DNA of 64,000 bases from a virus (IMGVR_UViG_3300042876_000313:12617-76616), one strand, 5' to 3'. Counted from the first letter of the stretch, positions 26,574-36,913 are shown. Notes: a model not told the origin generated them from the letters alone. Translations and numbers: made by a program.

Positions 26574-26909
26574 ATGAATTTGTCCGACATCGCCTATTCC
26601 GACGTGGCCACGCTCAGTCCGACGATCCTGCTGGCGGTCGTGCTGAACGGCGTTGGGGTATTCCTCAAGCGATCCCCGCTCAAGGATTGGCTGATCCCGT
26701 TCGTCCTGATAGCCCTCGGCGCGTTGATCTACCCGTTCATCGCCGATGTAACCGAACTGCACAGCGGAACCCGTAATGCCACGGCCTACCGGGTGGTTGT
26801 TGGTTCGGCCATCGGGGTTATATCTGTGGGCGTCCATGCCACTTTGAAGCAGTTCATAGGCCGGAAAGGGGACAGCGGCCAGACCGATTTCATCCAACGG
26901 AAACCATAA
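26574..26909 (+). CDS. Holin
   Basis: Three TM helices, KDWLIP motif, GVHATLKQ C-terminus. Confidence 0.7.
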   Translation: MNLSDIAYSDVATLSPTILLAVVLNGVGVFLKRSPLKDWLIPFVLIALGALIYPFIADVTELHSGTRNATAYRVVVGSAIGVISVGVHATLKQFIGRKGDSGQTDFIQRKP

Positions 26910-26936
26910 ACCACAAACCAAAATCCAAATAAACAC

Positions 26937-27464
26937 ATGAAAAACACGATCAAATATTGGGTGGCCTGCATCATGCTCGCCGCGTTATTCACCGTTTCGT
27001 TGTTCGCGCAGGTGGTCGCCGGGCCGGATTCGATGCCGGCGCCGCCCGAACCGTCAACCCCGTGGTGGATCACCGTCTTGGCGATTACCGCGACTGTCAT
27101 CGGCTCGATATTCGCTTGGATTGGCAAACTGATCGCCACCAAGCTCAAGCTGTCACAGACCCAGGCTGACGCGATGGACGCCTGCACGGCGGCAGTGGCA
27201 CAGACCTATCAGGATTACGTCAAGGAACTCAAGAAGTCCGGGAAGTTCGGCGCCACCGAGAAGGCGTTGGCCAAGGAGAAGGCCATGTCGCTGGCAAAGG
27301 AACTGGCCAAGGGGCCGGCCAAAGACCTGCTGCTGTCCTACGGCAAGGAGCATATTGGGGCGTGGATTGAGCAGATCGTCACCAAGCTCAAGGGCGGAAC
27401 CAAGCTGGAAAACGGCGTCATTGACGTGCCAGCAACCATAACGCCTGCTACCCCCGCAAAATGA
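26937..27464 (+). CDS. Holin-like (LL-H type) membrane protein with N-terminal signal/TM
   Basis: AAVAQTYQDYVKELKKSGKF...AKEKA...WIEQIV after a TM helix. Confidence 0.5.
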   Translation: MKNTIKYWVACIMLAALFTVSLFAQVVAGPDSMPAPPEPSTPWWITVLAITATVIGSIFAWIGKLIATKLKLSQTQADAMDACTAAVAQTYQDYVKELKKSGKFGATEKALAKEKAMSLAKELAKGPAKDLLLSYGKEHIGAWIEQIVTKLKGGTKLENGVIDVPATITPATPAK

Positions 27465-27670
27465 CCTTCATCGGCCAAATCATTTATGCGCTGTTCAAGC
27501 CATTCCTTGAGGAACTTTTCAAGCAGTTCAACCTTGCCGGCAGCCGGCCAGTCGTGGCGACGGATGCTGCACCGGCTGACCCCGGCTTTAAGGCTGCTTG
27601 GGATGGCAGTCTTGCTGGCCAGCTTGAGCGGATGCGCCTTGTTCGAGAGAAACAGGGTGGTGTTCGTTGA
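27461..27670 (+). CDS. Small membrane-anchored protein (i-spanin-like position)
   Basis: Amphipathic N-terminus; overlaps a lipoprotein gene in another frame. Confidence 0.45.
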   Translation: MTFIGQIIYALFKPFLEELFKQFNLAGSRPVVATDAAPADPGFKAAWDGSLAGQLERMRLVREKQGGVR

Positions 27671-27812
27671 CGGTGGAAGTAGCTATCCACGGCTCGACGA
27701 CGATTGCTGGGGGCACGTTTTCACCGAAGACAAGGCTACTGGCCAATGGGTGCGAAGCTCGAAGAAAGTGAAATTGCCACCCGGTTGGTACGTTGGGCCT
27801 GGGCCAAAATGA
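27564..27812 (+). CDS. Lipoprotein, o-spanin-like
   Basis: LLGMAVLLASLSGC lipobox; overlapping arrangement like Rz/Rz1. Confidence 0.6.
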   Translation: MLHRLTPALRLLGMAVLLASLSGCALFERNRVVFVDGGSSYPRLDDDCWGHVFTEDKATGQWVRSSKKVKLPPGWYVGPGPK

Positions 27813-28009
27813 ACCTGGAATTCCAGATCAATGTCATTTGCGACGGTAAAGTGACCCACTTGGCGCGGGAAGTGGTGAACACGTCCGGCCTGTCAACCAC
27901 CCAGAAGGCGATGGCCCCGCGCATTGCCAAGGTCGCAGCCGAACTTTTGGCCGGCGAGAAAGTGCTTACCCGTTCGCTGGATGAACACTTCAAGACGGCG
28001 GCTGATTGA
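27809..28009 (+). CDS. Hypothetical protein
   Basis: ATGA-coupled ORF. Confidence 0.55.
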   Translation: MNLEFQINVICDGKVTHLAREVVNTSGLSTTQKAMAPRIAKVAAELLAGEKVLTRSLDEHFKTAAD

Positions 28010-28013
28010 TTTT

Positions 28014-28078
28014 CCCCCCGCTCGGTTTTCCGGTGTTGAACTCAGCGGGCAAGACCGGCGTGTTTGCCGGGCGGGGGG
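28014..28078. terminator. Hairpin between convergent genes
   Basis: CCCCCCGCTCGG...CCGGGCGGGGGG stem. Confidence 0.45.
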
Positions 28079-28084
28079 TCTATT

Positions 28085-29614
28085 TCAAGTGTGAATTATC
28101 GGATTCCCCGGCTTGGCCAATCGCATCTCAATATCGTTGACCAACTCGCTCCAAGCCTCCATCGCAATCAGGTAGCTCATCGCGTCGAAAGCATGGCGCA
28201 GGGGATCGCCCGACCGCTTGAGCGACCCTTGGGCGTTGGTCTTGAGCATGGTCATGGTCTGAATCAACTGCTCGCACCGGGACGAGATGAACAGGCGGTT
28301 GGCGAAAAGGAGCCGCCGCGTAAGCTGGATGCGCTTGACGACCGAGTTTGGCCCCTTGGTGACGCCTTGTAGTTCGATGGCCTGGTCGGAAGCGCGAAAG
28401 ACCTCCTTGGCCTCGTTGGACGCGGAGATGGACTGGAACCCCGACATGGCCGATGAATCCGACCAGTGAACCCAATTAACCTTCCGGCCAATCACCTTCT
28501 CCCAGTACGCCATCAAATCCATGAATTCTAGGGTCAAATCTTCGAGCTTGATGGGGGTATCAATCATTATCAGTTCGTCGAGGATTTTGAACACCGGCTG
28601 TTCTTCGCCTGGTTTTCCGGCCATGACCTTCTCCGCGATGACGATGGCGTTATGGATGTCGCCCAAATCCCAGCCCGTGTAGAGCGTGATGCAATCATCT
28701 TCCGGCATCAGGATAGCCGGGTTGGGATCGGCTACGGTCGCCATGTCGCCCTGGACATGAATCTCCGGGCGCCACACGCGGGCGAAGGCGGTATCTGAGG
28801 CTGACGACTTCCATTCACCCAGCCAGTGCCGGGCGTACACGTCCGGCCCGGAGAGCATGAACTGGGCCTGCAACTCCTGTTTCTCGGTATCGGTCAGCCA
28901 CGGGTTGTCGGATACAGCGAATCGGTATATGGCCAGTTTGTCGCGGAGCGCGATCATCGCCTCGACCGTGTTCGGGAATTGTTCCTCGATCTGCTTGCGC
29001 GTCATTCGCCGGAACACATGGAAAAGCTGGTAAATCCAGTGGGACTGACCTTCCTCGGCGGGGTTGGTGTCAATCAGGAACAGGAAGTGGGGCTTCCACG
29101 AATCATCGTACCCGCGCAAGCACTGCATCATAATCTCGAAGGACGCCCGCCGCTTGAAGTTGGCGGCTTCCGTCAGGTAGATGCAGGAATAGTACCGTCC
29201 TTTGTAGATGCGCTCGACTTCCCGCTCGTTCTTGAGGGAGTCCAGTTGCAGGCGGGAAACGCCACCGTGCGCGTTCGTAATGGCGCACTCCATCTTATGC
29301 GTGAGACTGGATAACTTGGGGGGCGTGTGCCACTTCATGCCGATCCCTGAGTCAATCCATTCGGGCAGGATGTGTTCCACCATCAGTTGCCAGGTGCCGC
29401 CGTCGTAGTTGTCCGTGAGCGTTCTGCCGGCCATTGCAGCACGGGCGTTCGGGCACTCCCACAGGTGACGGGCCAGGCGATGGCAGGCGCCGAATGTTTT
29501 GGACGACTTGCGTGGGCCTTCAACGTCCACAATCAGATGGGAAGATTCGGCCAGGAGTTCGGCCTGCTTTTTGGAAACGGATGGGAACCATTGGCCTTTT
29601 GCGTCTATTGGCAT
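28085..29614 (-). CDS. terL: Terminase large subunit
   Basis: Q-motif SKKQ, Walker A-like GPRKSSKT, Walker B-like IYLTE, DTNP, DNPWL, RHWLGEW, RNase H-like GWDLG...HAFDAMSY. Confidence 0.9.
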   Translation of the reverse strand: MPIDAKGQWFPSVSKKQAELLAESSHLIVDVEGPRKSSKTFGACHRLARHLWECPNARAAMAGRTLTDNYDGGTWQLMVEHILPEWIDSGIGMKWHTPPKLSSLTHKMECAITNAHGGVSRLQLDSLKNEREVERIYKGRYYSCIYLTEAANFKRRASFEIMMQCLRGYDDSWKPHFLFLIDTNPAEEGQSHWIYQLFHVFRRMTRKQIEEQFPNTVEAMIALRDKLAIYRFAVSDNPWLTDTEKQELQAQFMLSGPDVYARHWLGEWKSSASDTAFARVWRPEIHVQGDMATVADPNPAILMPEDDCITLYTGWDLGDIHNAIVIAEKVMAGKPGEEQPVFKILDELIMIDTPIKLEDLTLEFMDLMAYWEKVIGRKVNWVHWSDSSAMSGFQSISASNEAKEVFRASDQAIELQGVTKGPNSVVKRIQLTRRLLFANRLFISSRCEQLIQTMTMLKTNAQGSLKRSGDPLRHAFDAMSYLIAMEAWSELVNDIEMRLAKPGNPIIHT

Positions 29615-29664
29615 TAGCGTTAAAGCTTCAAAGATTATCGTTCAAGTTATCGTAAAAGTTTCTG

Positions 29665-29705
29665 TTGACTTTTGCCAATATCCGTGCGAATTCATTGTTG
29701 GTCAA
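29665..29705. promoter_or_regulatory. Overlapping divergent promoters (terL / head operon)
   Basis: + TTGACT(29665)-N17-GAATTC; - TTGACC(29705)-N17-GATATT. Confidence 0.55.
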
Positions 29706-29720
29706 TCGAATAATGCTTTT

Positions 29721-30086
29721 ATGAAAATGGCAATCTCAGCGAAATCACCCGTCGCAATCACAACCGACGCCCCCAAGGAGTCCTACCCTTACGTCTGCTT
29801 TCGGGACAAGCAGGTGGACAAGTTGGAAACCTCGCTGGGCGAGATGCCGGAAGTTGGGGATGAAGTCACCGTGACAATGACGCTGAAATGCACGGCGTTG
29901 CGGAAGGATGAGAACGGGAAGTCAGCAGACTTCAACGTGGTGTCGGTGGCCGGCGGTGAAACCAGCGAGGCCGAGGATGAAGGCGATGACGAAAAAGAGG
30001 AAGCCCCGATGGCCGACATGAAGGGCGTCAAGAATCCCGCCCTGAAAAAGGGCATGGCGAAAATGATGGAAGGCAAGAAATACTGA
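29721..30086 (+). CDS. Small acidic head-associated protein (putative)
   Basis: MPEVGDEVTVTMTLKC OB-like fold; precedes portal. Confidence 0.6.
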   Translation: MKMAISAKSPVAITTDAPKESYPYVCFRDKQVDKLETSLGEMPEVGDEVTVTMTLKCTALRKDENGKSADFNVVSVAGGETSEAEDEGDDEKEEAPMADMKGVKNPALKKGMAKMMEGKKY

Positions 30087-30205
30087 GGCCATGAAAACCG
30101 CCGGCTGGAAACCTAAACTGACGAAATTTCAGAAAGCCGTGTTCAATGGCACAAAACCGATTTACATAATCGGCCCGCGTAACGCTTGCAAAACCTCTGA
30201 CAAAA

Positions 30206-32737
30206 ATGGCCGATAAACCAACCACCGATGCCGAACCTTCGGAATCCACCGGCTACTTCGGGCCGGTTCCGCCCAACTCCGAAAACGACCCAATACCTGC
30301 CGCCAAGAGCGAGGAAATGGACGATGGGGCGGCGGCCTTCCAAAAGCGCATCGGCGTCACCTTTGACATGCTCAAAGGAAAACTCGACAAGCCCGACCTC
30401 CAATTCGACGATAAGACCAAGCAACTGGTCAATCAAGTCCGCGACATCATTCAGGGTGGCATGGCGTTTTCGTTGAAGGACTGGCGAATTTACGCCGCCA
30501 TTGACGAGGCGTACAACGTCTCCTACCAGCAGATCAATCCCACGCTGATTCGGAAGATCATCGGGAAATCGTTCAAGAACTGGCAGGACATCGTAAAGGA
30601 ATTCGAGCAGTGGGGATTGAACGCGGAATCGCTTTACAGCACCGTCAAGGGCGAGGACGGCGTGGACAAAAAAGTTCTCAAGGAAAAGACCTTCTGGAAA
30701 ATCTTCATTCCGCTGGTCAAATCGTACCTGACCATCCGCCTGGCCAAGCTCTACAATGACCGCGATCAGTACCCGTTCCTGAAATACGAGCCGAACAAAT
30801 TCACCGATGAAGCTTGGATGGTTGGCGAAATACTGACCGAACTGGTGGAGCGCATGGTGCAGAACTACGGCTACCGCGCCATCTTCCGCCAGCAGCTTCA
30901 TCAGATGCTCAAGTATTCGTTCTCGTTCATGTTCCCAGCGGAAGCGTGGCACAAGGAAACCGCCCCGGACGATGAAGGCGATGGCCAACACGCCACGAAG
31001 GAAGGGCTGCGTTACAACATCCCGCATCCCACGAAGGTCGCTTGGGACTTGAACTATCGCCCGGCCACGTTCAACACCGATACCGGATGCGAATGGGCGT
31101 TCTATTGGCGCGTCTATAAGTACAAGGACATCTACGGAAACCCGTATTTCTGGCGCAAGGAAATCATCTCCGCTTCCACCAACAACTGGCTGAACGCTTA
31201 TCCGCAATATTTTTCGGAAGTGTTCCCGTGCCGGATGGAGCCGTTCACCACCAGCAACCGGACGGAAACCAGCCGGGAAGAAGCAAGCGCGTTTTACTCC
31301 CGTACATCGGATTCGGAAAAGGCCGTGTTCCTGTCCGACCTGTTCATCAAACTGACTCCCAGCCAATACGGATGGGGCGAGTACGCGCACCCGGTCTGGT
31401 TCCGGTTCGTGGTGGCGAACGAGGATTGCATCGTCTATGCCGAGCCGCTGGCCTATTGCCCAGTGCTGTACGTCGGCTACGACGAGGATCAGAACCAGCC
31501 GCGCAACCCCGGCATGGCCCTCGAAATCATGCCGTGGCAGGACGCCACCGGGAATCTCCTGAGCCAATGGATTCTGTCCATGAAACAGAATCTCAAGAAG
31601 ATCGTGGCCTACGACAAGAAGGCGGTCACAGCCGAGGCCATTGACGAGCTTACCGCCACGGCCAATGACAGCGAGAAAACCACATGGATGGGCGTTGAGA
31701 AGCGGCAACTCACCATGCAGGGGGCGGACTTCAACCAGATTTTCTTCCCCGTCAGTTTCCCGATGAACGACATTGGCCAGTTCGTTATCACGATGGACAA
31801 GATGTTCACCATCATGGAACGGACGCTTAACATGTCCGCCGCCGAGACGGGGGCCGCAGGTGTCCACATCCAGACCGCCGAGGAAATCCGCGTCATCTCG
31901 AACAACGTGTCCAACCGCGTGGGCTACACCGGGGCGAGCGTGGACGACTTCGCTGATGCCTGGAAGCGGCAACTCGCCACGGCCACGCGCACCTACGCTG
32001 ACCGGGAGTTCGTCGTCGAAGTGTCCAAGACCAGCGAGGATTCGGCCAAGGTGCTGAAAAACCTTGGGTTTGAACTGGTGGACGAGAACGGGAAATCCGT
32101 CAAGGTCAAGGGGCCGCAGGCCAAGGTGGTGATGAACGCCTACATTTCGTCGCGGGAATTCCAGCAACGCTTGAACGACCCGCAGATCGGCAACCTGCTC
32201 CTGCAAAATCTCGCCGCGCTATCAAAGACGCCGGTGGGTATGCGCCTCGCAGCGGAACAGCCCGAATTCTTCTCTCAGACGTTCAACCGGATCAACCGCC
32301 TGCTGGGCGGCCCGCGTGATTGGAAAGTTCCCGTCAACTTCAAGCCGATGCCCGCTGAACAGCCGGCGCAAGGTGGTCAGCCCGGCGAGGGTCAGGGTGG
32401 CCAGCCACAGGGCAATCCGATGGAAGCGTTGCTGGGCCAGATCAACCAGATGATTCAGCAGCAGATTGGGCAGGCCGGTCAGGCGATTGTCCAGACGGTG
32501 ATGCAGCAAGTCACCGAAGGGATGCAGCCGGTGGTTCAGGCCATTCAAGAGGCCAAGCAGGAAAGCGCGAACATCCAACAAGTGAACGACCAGCAGCAAC
32601 AGGCCATCGAAAGCATGGGTCAACTGCTGCTCAAGATTGACGCCGTGATAAAAGCCGCAAATTCCGCTCCCGTACCGCCGCCCGCGATGCCGCCGCAACC
32701 GGGGCCAATGCCGCCGCCGGGGATGATGGGAGCGTAA
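30206..32737 (+). CDS. Portal protein
   Basis: 843 aa; position; QTAEEIR motif; Q/P-rich C-terminal barrel as in P22-like portals. Confidence 0.8.
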   Translation: MADKPTTDAEPSESTGYFGPVPPNSENDPIPAAKSEEMDDGAAAFQKRIGVTFDMLKGKLDKPDLQFDDKTKQLVNQVRDIIQGGMAFSLKDWRIYAAIDEAYNVSYQQINPTLIRKIIGKSFKNWQDIVKEFEQWGLNAESLYSTVKGEDGVDKKVLKEKTFWKIFIPLVKSYLTIRLAKLYNDRDQYPFLKYEPNKFTDEAWMVGEILTELVERMVQNYGYRAIFRQQLHQMLKYSFSFMFPAEAWHKETAPDDEGDGQHATKEGLRYNIPHPTKVAWDLNYRPATFNTDTGCEWAFYWRVYKYKDIYGNPYFWRKEIISASTNNWLNAYPQYFSEVFPCRMEPFTTSNRTETSREEASAFYSRTSDSEKAVFLSDLFIKLTPSQYGWGEYAHPVWFRFVVANEDCIVYAEPLAYCPVLYVGYDEDQNQPRNPGMALEIMPWQDATGNLLSQWILSMKQNLKKIVAYDKKAVTAEAIDELTATANDSEKTTWMGVEKRQLTMQGADFNQIFFPVSFPMNDIGQFVITMDKMFTIMERTLNMSAAETGAAGVHIQTAEEIRVISNNVSNRVGYTGASVDDFADAWKRQLATATRTYADREFVVEVSKTSEDSAKVLKNLGFELVDENGKSVKVKGPQAKVVMNAYISSREFQQRLNDPQIGNLLLQNLAALSKTPVGMRLAAEQPEFFSQTFNRINRLLGGPRDWKVPVNFKPMPAEQPAQGGQPGEGQGGQPQGNPMEALLGQINQMIQQQIGQAGQAIVQTVMQQVTEGMQPVVQAIQEAKQESANIQQVNDQQQQAIESMGQLLLKIDAVIKAANSAPVPPPAMPPQPGPMPPPGMMGA

Positions 32738-32746
32738 ACCGATGTT

Positions 32747-33031
32747 ATGAGAAACCCGCTGACCCTTGTGCCGTTGACCGATCACGACAAGACCGCGCTG
32801 GCCGCATTGCAGGCCAACGAAGGTTTCAAAGTCCTGATGGCTTGTCTCAAGGCTGAGTTGGATTATTACCTGCTGAATGGCTCCTACGTTCGCGTGGATA
32901 CTCCAACGCCAAACGGGAAAGATGAAGCGGAAGGGTTTTTCCAAAGTGCAGTACAGTACAAGGCCACCATAGAAACCATAGAAAACACCATAAAAACACC
33001 CAGAGCAAAGGAGATAAAATATGCCAGTTGA
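32747..33031 (+). CDS. Small protein between portal and scaffold
   Basis: LQANEGFKVLM typical of post-portal genes. Confidence 0.6.
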   Translation: MRNPLTLVPLTDHDKTALAALQANEGFKVLMACLKAELDYYLLNGSYVRVDTPTPNGKDEAEGFFQSAVQYKATIETIENTIKTPRAKEIKYAS

Positions 33032-34445
33032 AGCACCCGCACCGCCTGCTGTTCAAACCCCGCCGCCCGCGCCGACGCCCGCGCCGTCCAAGGTGTCGCC
33101 GGAATTCTTGAAGCGAGCCGGTATTCTGCCGAAGGAACCGCCGAAGCCCGCCGAACCGCCGCCCGTCCCGGAGCCGGTCGAACCGCCACCCCCGGCGGAA
33201 CCGCCCCAACCAACGCCCACGCCCACTGACCAGACTCCCCCGGAGCCGAAGCCGCAGAAGAAACCCCCGAAGGTCGCCAAGGGATACGCGCAGCCGCCCC
33301 AGGCCACGATTGAGCAGATCACCGCCGCCGCGACCGCCGCCGCTACCGCCGCCGTCAAGGCCACGCAGCCGCAGCCCGCGCCGCCCCCGGAGTTGAACCC
33401 GGAAGATCAGCGGCAAATCCAGGTGTACGAGGTCATGGCCAAGATGAATCCAGACAAGTACAAGGATTTGCCGGCCAACGCCACGAAGTACATCCATGAA
33501 CTCGACCAGCGCGAAACCGAATGGCGCCGGGATCACCCGGATGCCACCGAGGAATTCGATGTTGACGGTTCAATCGCCGCCGCGCTCGAAAAGAAGTACA
33601 AGCTGGAATTCGCGGAACACGACTTCCGGGATGCCGAGATCGAATCGCGCATCGCCCCGGTGAAGGCCGAACTCGAAACCACGCGCAAGAAGCTGGCCGA
33701 GGCGGAAACTGCCATCTCCACCGAGGCCGTGCAGGAAACCATGCAGAAAGCCGTCAGCGAGGCCAAGGCCGTGCTGGTGGAAGAACTTGGGTTCAAGGAC
33801 GCCGACATTAAAAAGTTGGTGGAAGATGAACCTTACGTCGGCGAGATCGTGCAGAGGGAATTGCAAGCCATTGAAAACACCGTGGCCGCCGCGCACATTG
33901 CCTTCGCCGGTGGAAGCCACCCGAACGCCAACCAAATTGGTCAGCTTTGCAAAGATTACGAGGATGCCATGATGCAGTTGCCGCCGGATGAGCAGCGCGA
34001 CGAGAACAACCGGCAGTTCATCACCCGCGCCCAATACCTGCGGCTCCCGGATGACCAGCGCCGGGCGATTGACAGCGGGACGCACCAATCGTACTGGGGC
34101 ATGAACGCGCCCACAGCAGCGGCCATCGGCACGCAAATCATCAAGGAACGCGCCAAGAAGATGGTCGAAGCCGAGAAGGAGCGTGCTGCCAAGTATTTGG
34201 AGAAGCACGGCGTCAAGAAGGCTGCCGCGCCCGCCCCGGCGCCAACCCCGCCCCCGGCACGGCCTACCCCGGCACCGACCCCCGCCCCGCCGCCGCGTCG
34301 GCAGGTGTCACCGCCGTCAACCAACCCGTCGTCGGCAGCGGCCCCGAACACGGCAGGCAACCAGGTTGCGCCTGAATTCAAGAAGCGATTCCTCTCGAAC
34401 GCCAATTTTGGTTCTGGTGCAATGCCAGCGGTTGGGACTTCATAA
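33021..34445 (+). CDS. Capsid scaffolding protein (putative)
   Basis: Pro-rich termini, helical charged core, directly upstream of capsid gene. Confidence 0.7.
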   Translation: MPVEAPAPPAVQTPPPAPTPAPSKVSPEFLKRAGILPKEPPKPAEPPPVPEPVEPPPPAEPPQPTPTPTDQTPPEPKPQKKPPKVAKGYAQPPQATIEQITAAATAAATAAVKATQPQPAPPPELNPEDQRQIQVYEVMAKMNPDKYKDLPANATKYIHELDQRETEWRRDHPDATEEFDVDGSIAAALEKKYKLEFAEHDFRDAEIESRIAPVKAELETTRKKLAEAETAISTEAVQETMQKAVSEAKAVLVEELGFKDADIKKLVEDEPYVGEIVQRELQAIENTVAAAHIAFAGGSHPNANQIGQLCKDYEDAMMQLPPDEQRDENNRQFITRAQYLRLPDDQRRAIDSGTHQSYWGMNAPTAAAIGTQIIKERAKKMVEAEKERAAKYLEKHGVKKAAAPAPAPTPPPARPTPAPTPAPPPRRQVSPPSTNPSSAAAPNTAGNQVAPEFKKRFLSNANFGSGAMPAVGTS

Positions 34446-34473
34446 TGTTGTCCATCAACCTTTTGTTGTAGAG

Positions 34474-34509
34474 AACGGCGGGAAAATTGAATCCCGCCGT
34501 TTCCTTTTT
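34474..34509 (+). terminator. Intrinsic terminator after scaffold gene
   Basis: AACGGCGGGA-loop-TCCCGCCGTT followed by TCCTTTTT. Confidence 0.6.
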
Positions 34510-34565
34510 ACCAAGTGGCCATGTGGTTTTACGCTGTTGGTGTCGAACAAAAATATTGAAAAAAT

Positions 34566-36287
34566 ATGGCTACCACAGACATCTTTGCAAGTTGCCTCCC
34601 GGCAATCCGAACCAACGTCGCAACCTGCGGTGCAGTGACCATCTGCGATGCCGCAATTCCAGCCCCGGCTGACCTGGACACGATCTTCAAATCAAGCGGT
34701 GATTACCGCTTGAATGAGGCGCTGTTCCATTACCAGTTGGAGGCGAACATGTGCCAGGCCCGCCAGAGCAACCTGTTCAACTTCCTGATGGCGTCCTCGA
34801 TGAATCTGTCGAAGAAAATCTCGATGGACAAACTGAACAGCGGCCTGCTCCAAATCAAGCCCTACGTGATGATGAAGCGCAAGGGCGAGGTGGACAACAA
34901 CAACTGGCGCGGCACGGGCGGCCAGGCCAGCGGAAACAACTGGCAGATGGATTTCACCAGCGGCACCAACATCCCGGCCAATGCTGGTTTCTTCAATGCG
35001 GGCGAGCGCGTGTTCATCCGGGGCATCACCGCCAACGGCACCTCGACGAATACGGCGTGGATCATCGTCAGTTCTTCGGTGGTCGGCCAGGCGGTGCGGG
35101 TCATTATGACCAGCCAGAACACCAACTCCAATCTGGCGGCTGCCCGGTTGGCGTCGCCGGTCGCGGGCGTGGCGGTGCTTGGAACGGCCAACATCAGCGA
35201 CTTTGAATCCTGGTGCAATCAGGAACCCGGCCTCATCAACACCACCTACGAGCCGTACTGGACTGAGACTGTCCGGGCGAGTTCGTGCCAGGAGGAACTG
35301 TACGACCAGTGGCGCGAGCAGATCATGGCCGGCAACGCCATGTACCGGGAACTGTACGACCTCGACACCATCACCTACAACCGGCAGATGGCCGAGAGTT
35401 GGAAGCGTCGGTGGATGAACACCATTTTCTACTCCAAGGCTCTGGCCAACCAGACATTGGCCGACATGGCCAGCTTGGACGACATCAACGCGGTGCTGTG
35501 GGATTGGGCGGCGGAAACCGAAACCACCCCCGATGGCTATGTCCGCACCAGCGCGGCCCGGTGCGTGGGCAAGAAGGCGAACGTCGTGGGCATCTACGAG
35601 CAGATGGCCAAGTGCGAGCGCGTCCGCGACCTGCAAGGCGGGGTCATCAACCTGCCGGCCCTGTTCCGCGAGTTCTACAAGATCAAACGCATCCGCGAGG
35701 CCACCGGCCACCCGAACCCCCGCGTGTTCGAGTTGTTCATGCCGGAATCGTACATGGTCGCCTGGCAGACGGCGCTGCTGTCCTACTTCAAGGGCCGCTC
35801 GCTGGACATGATGCGCCTGAACGAGAATCTGGCCGCGAACGTCGAGCAGTCCCCGATGGGCTTCCGCTACCGGAAATTCCAGTTGGACTACCCCGACATC
35901 GAACTCAGGCTTGTCACCGACAATTATTTCACCGACGAGATGGCCGAGTTCGAGGCCCAGGCCGCCGCCCTTGGCGCCGGGTACGAAGGTCTGGCCAACG
36001 TGGGCCGGAAGGTTTGGCTGATGGACTGGTCGAACACCTACGTCGGCATCATCGGCAGCGACCGCGTTACCCATCGCTCTGGCGACATCCAGACCCTCGC
36101 CGCCGTTGACCCGTCGTACATGTGCGTGATGAAGGTTCCGCGCAAGACGGTGACGCTGACCTCGACCCAGTACACGGTGGTCGTGGAGTGCCCGGCTGCC
36201 GGCCTGATCCTGGAAAACATGAGCGGTGCCGCCCCGATCTACGATCAGGACGACGGCAGCGACTACGGCGACAACCCGGCGGCGTAA
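34566..36287 (+). CDS. Major capsid protein (putative)
   Basis: Position after scaffold, strong GC3 codon bias, 573 aa, C-terminal YTVVVECPAAGLILEN typical of the HK97-fold end. Confidence 0.75.
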   Translation: MATTDIFASCLPAIRTNVATCGAVTICDAAIPAPADLDTIFKSSGDYRLNEALFHYQLEANMCQARQSNLFNFLMASSMNLSKKISMDKLNSGLLQIKPYVMMKRKGEVDNNNWRGTGGQASGNNWQMDFTSGTNIPANAGFFNAGERVFIRGITANGTSTNTAWIIVSSSVVGQAVRVIMTSQNTNSNLAAARLASPVAGVAVLGTANISDFESWCNQEPGLINTTYEPYWTETVRASSCQEELYDQWREQIMAGNAMYRELYDLDTITYNRQMAESWKRRWMNTIFYSKALANQTLADMASLDDINAVLWDWAAETETTPDGYVRTSAARCVGKKANVVGIYEQMAKCERVRDLQGGVINLPALFREFYKIKRIREATGHPNPRVFELFMPESYMVAWQTALLSYFKGRSLDMMRLNENLAANVEQSPMGFRYRKFQLDYPDIELRLVTDNYFTDEMAEFEAQAAALGAGYEGLANVGRKVWLMDWSNTYVGIIGSDRVTHRSGDIQTLAAVDPSYMCVMKVPRKTVTLTSTQYTVVVECPAAGLILENMSGAAPIYDQDDGSDYGDNPAA

Positions 36288-36329
36288 GGCTGGCTGGTGA
36301 ACCAATCTGAAATTTAACAGAAAACGAAT

Positions 36330-36845
36330 ATGAAAAAACTGAGTATCATTGCGGTTCTGGCCTTGACCACGGTGTTTGCGTCCGCGCAATACTTCGCGGG
36401 CACGTCGCCGAAAGCGTTTAACGTCATCCCGAACAACGAGGGGACGCCTATTGTCGTCACCCTGTTTGGCACGAATGTCGTGACCAATGCCACTACGCGG
36501 GCCTTGACCACGCCGACTTCGGCCATCGAAATCCCAGGTGGCCGTGACGTGGGGATTCTATTGCAGGGCACGATCATCACGAACAACGCCGACGTGACGG
36601 TGAACTACCAGTTGTCGCCGGACAATGCGAACTGGACGTGGCCGCCGCTGACCATTACGCCCGGCGTTATTTCATCGAACGCATCGCCGACCTTCAAGGT
36701 GCCGGTGACGCTATCGAACTCGGTGACGTACCCGTTCCGATATTTCCGGGTCTATTCGGCGACGGCAGGCACGAACAGCCTCTACCTGTCGAACGCCATC
36801 GTCGTTTACAAGTCGAACCCGCAGAACAACAATTATAGCCGGTGA
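36330..36845 (+). CDS. Signal-peptide-bearing beta-sandwich protein (decoration-like)
   Basis: MKKLSIIAVLALTTVFASAQ; YQLSPDNANW...FRYFRV motif of phage structural proteins; immediately after capsid gene. Confidence 0.7.
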   Translation: MKKLSIIAVLALTTVFASAQYFAGTSPKAFNVIPNNEGTPIVVTLFGTNVVTNATTRALTTPTSAIEIPGGRDVGILLQGTIITNNADVTVNYQLSPDNANWTWPPLTITPGVISSNASPTFKVPVTLSNSVTYPFRYFRVYSATAGTNSLYLSNAIVVYKSNPQNNNYSR

Positions 36846-36875
36846 CGTAATACAGGTACGGCTTTGTAATTCAGC

Positions 36876-36913
36876 TTGACTCTCCCGCTCAAGGCTCGTA
36901 CCTTGGCGGGAGA
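36876..36913 (+). promoter_or_regulatory. Promoter TTGACT-N17-TACCTT embedded in an inverted repeat
   Basis: TCTCCCGC.CAAGG...CCTTG.GCGGGAGA hairpin overlaps the spacer and -10. Confidence 0.5.

Noticed and set aside
30143-36389. Long minus-strand ORFs (687 aa at 30143 and 565 aa at 34692)
   Set aside because: Antisense to portal and capsid genes; expected from strong GC3 codon bias
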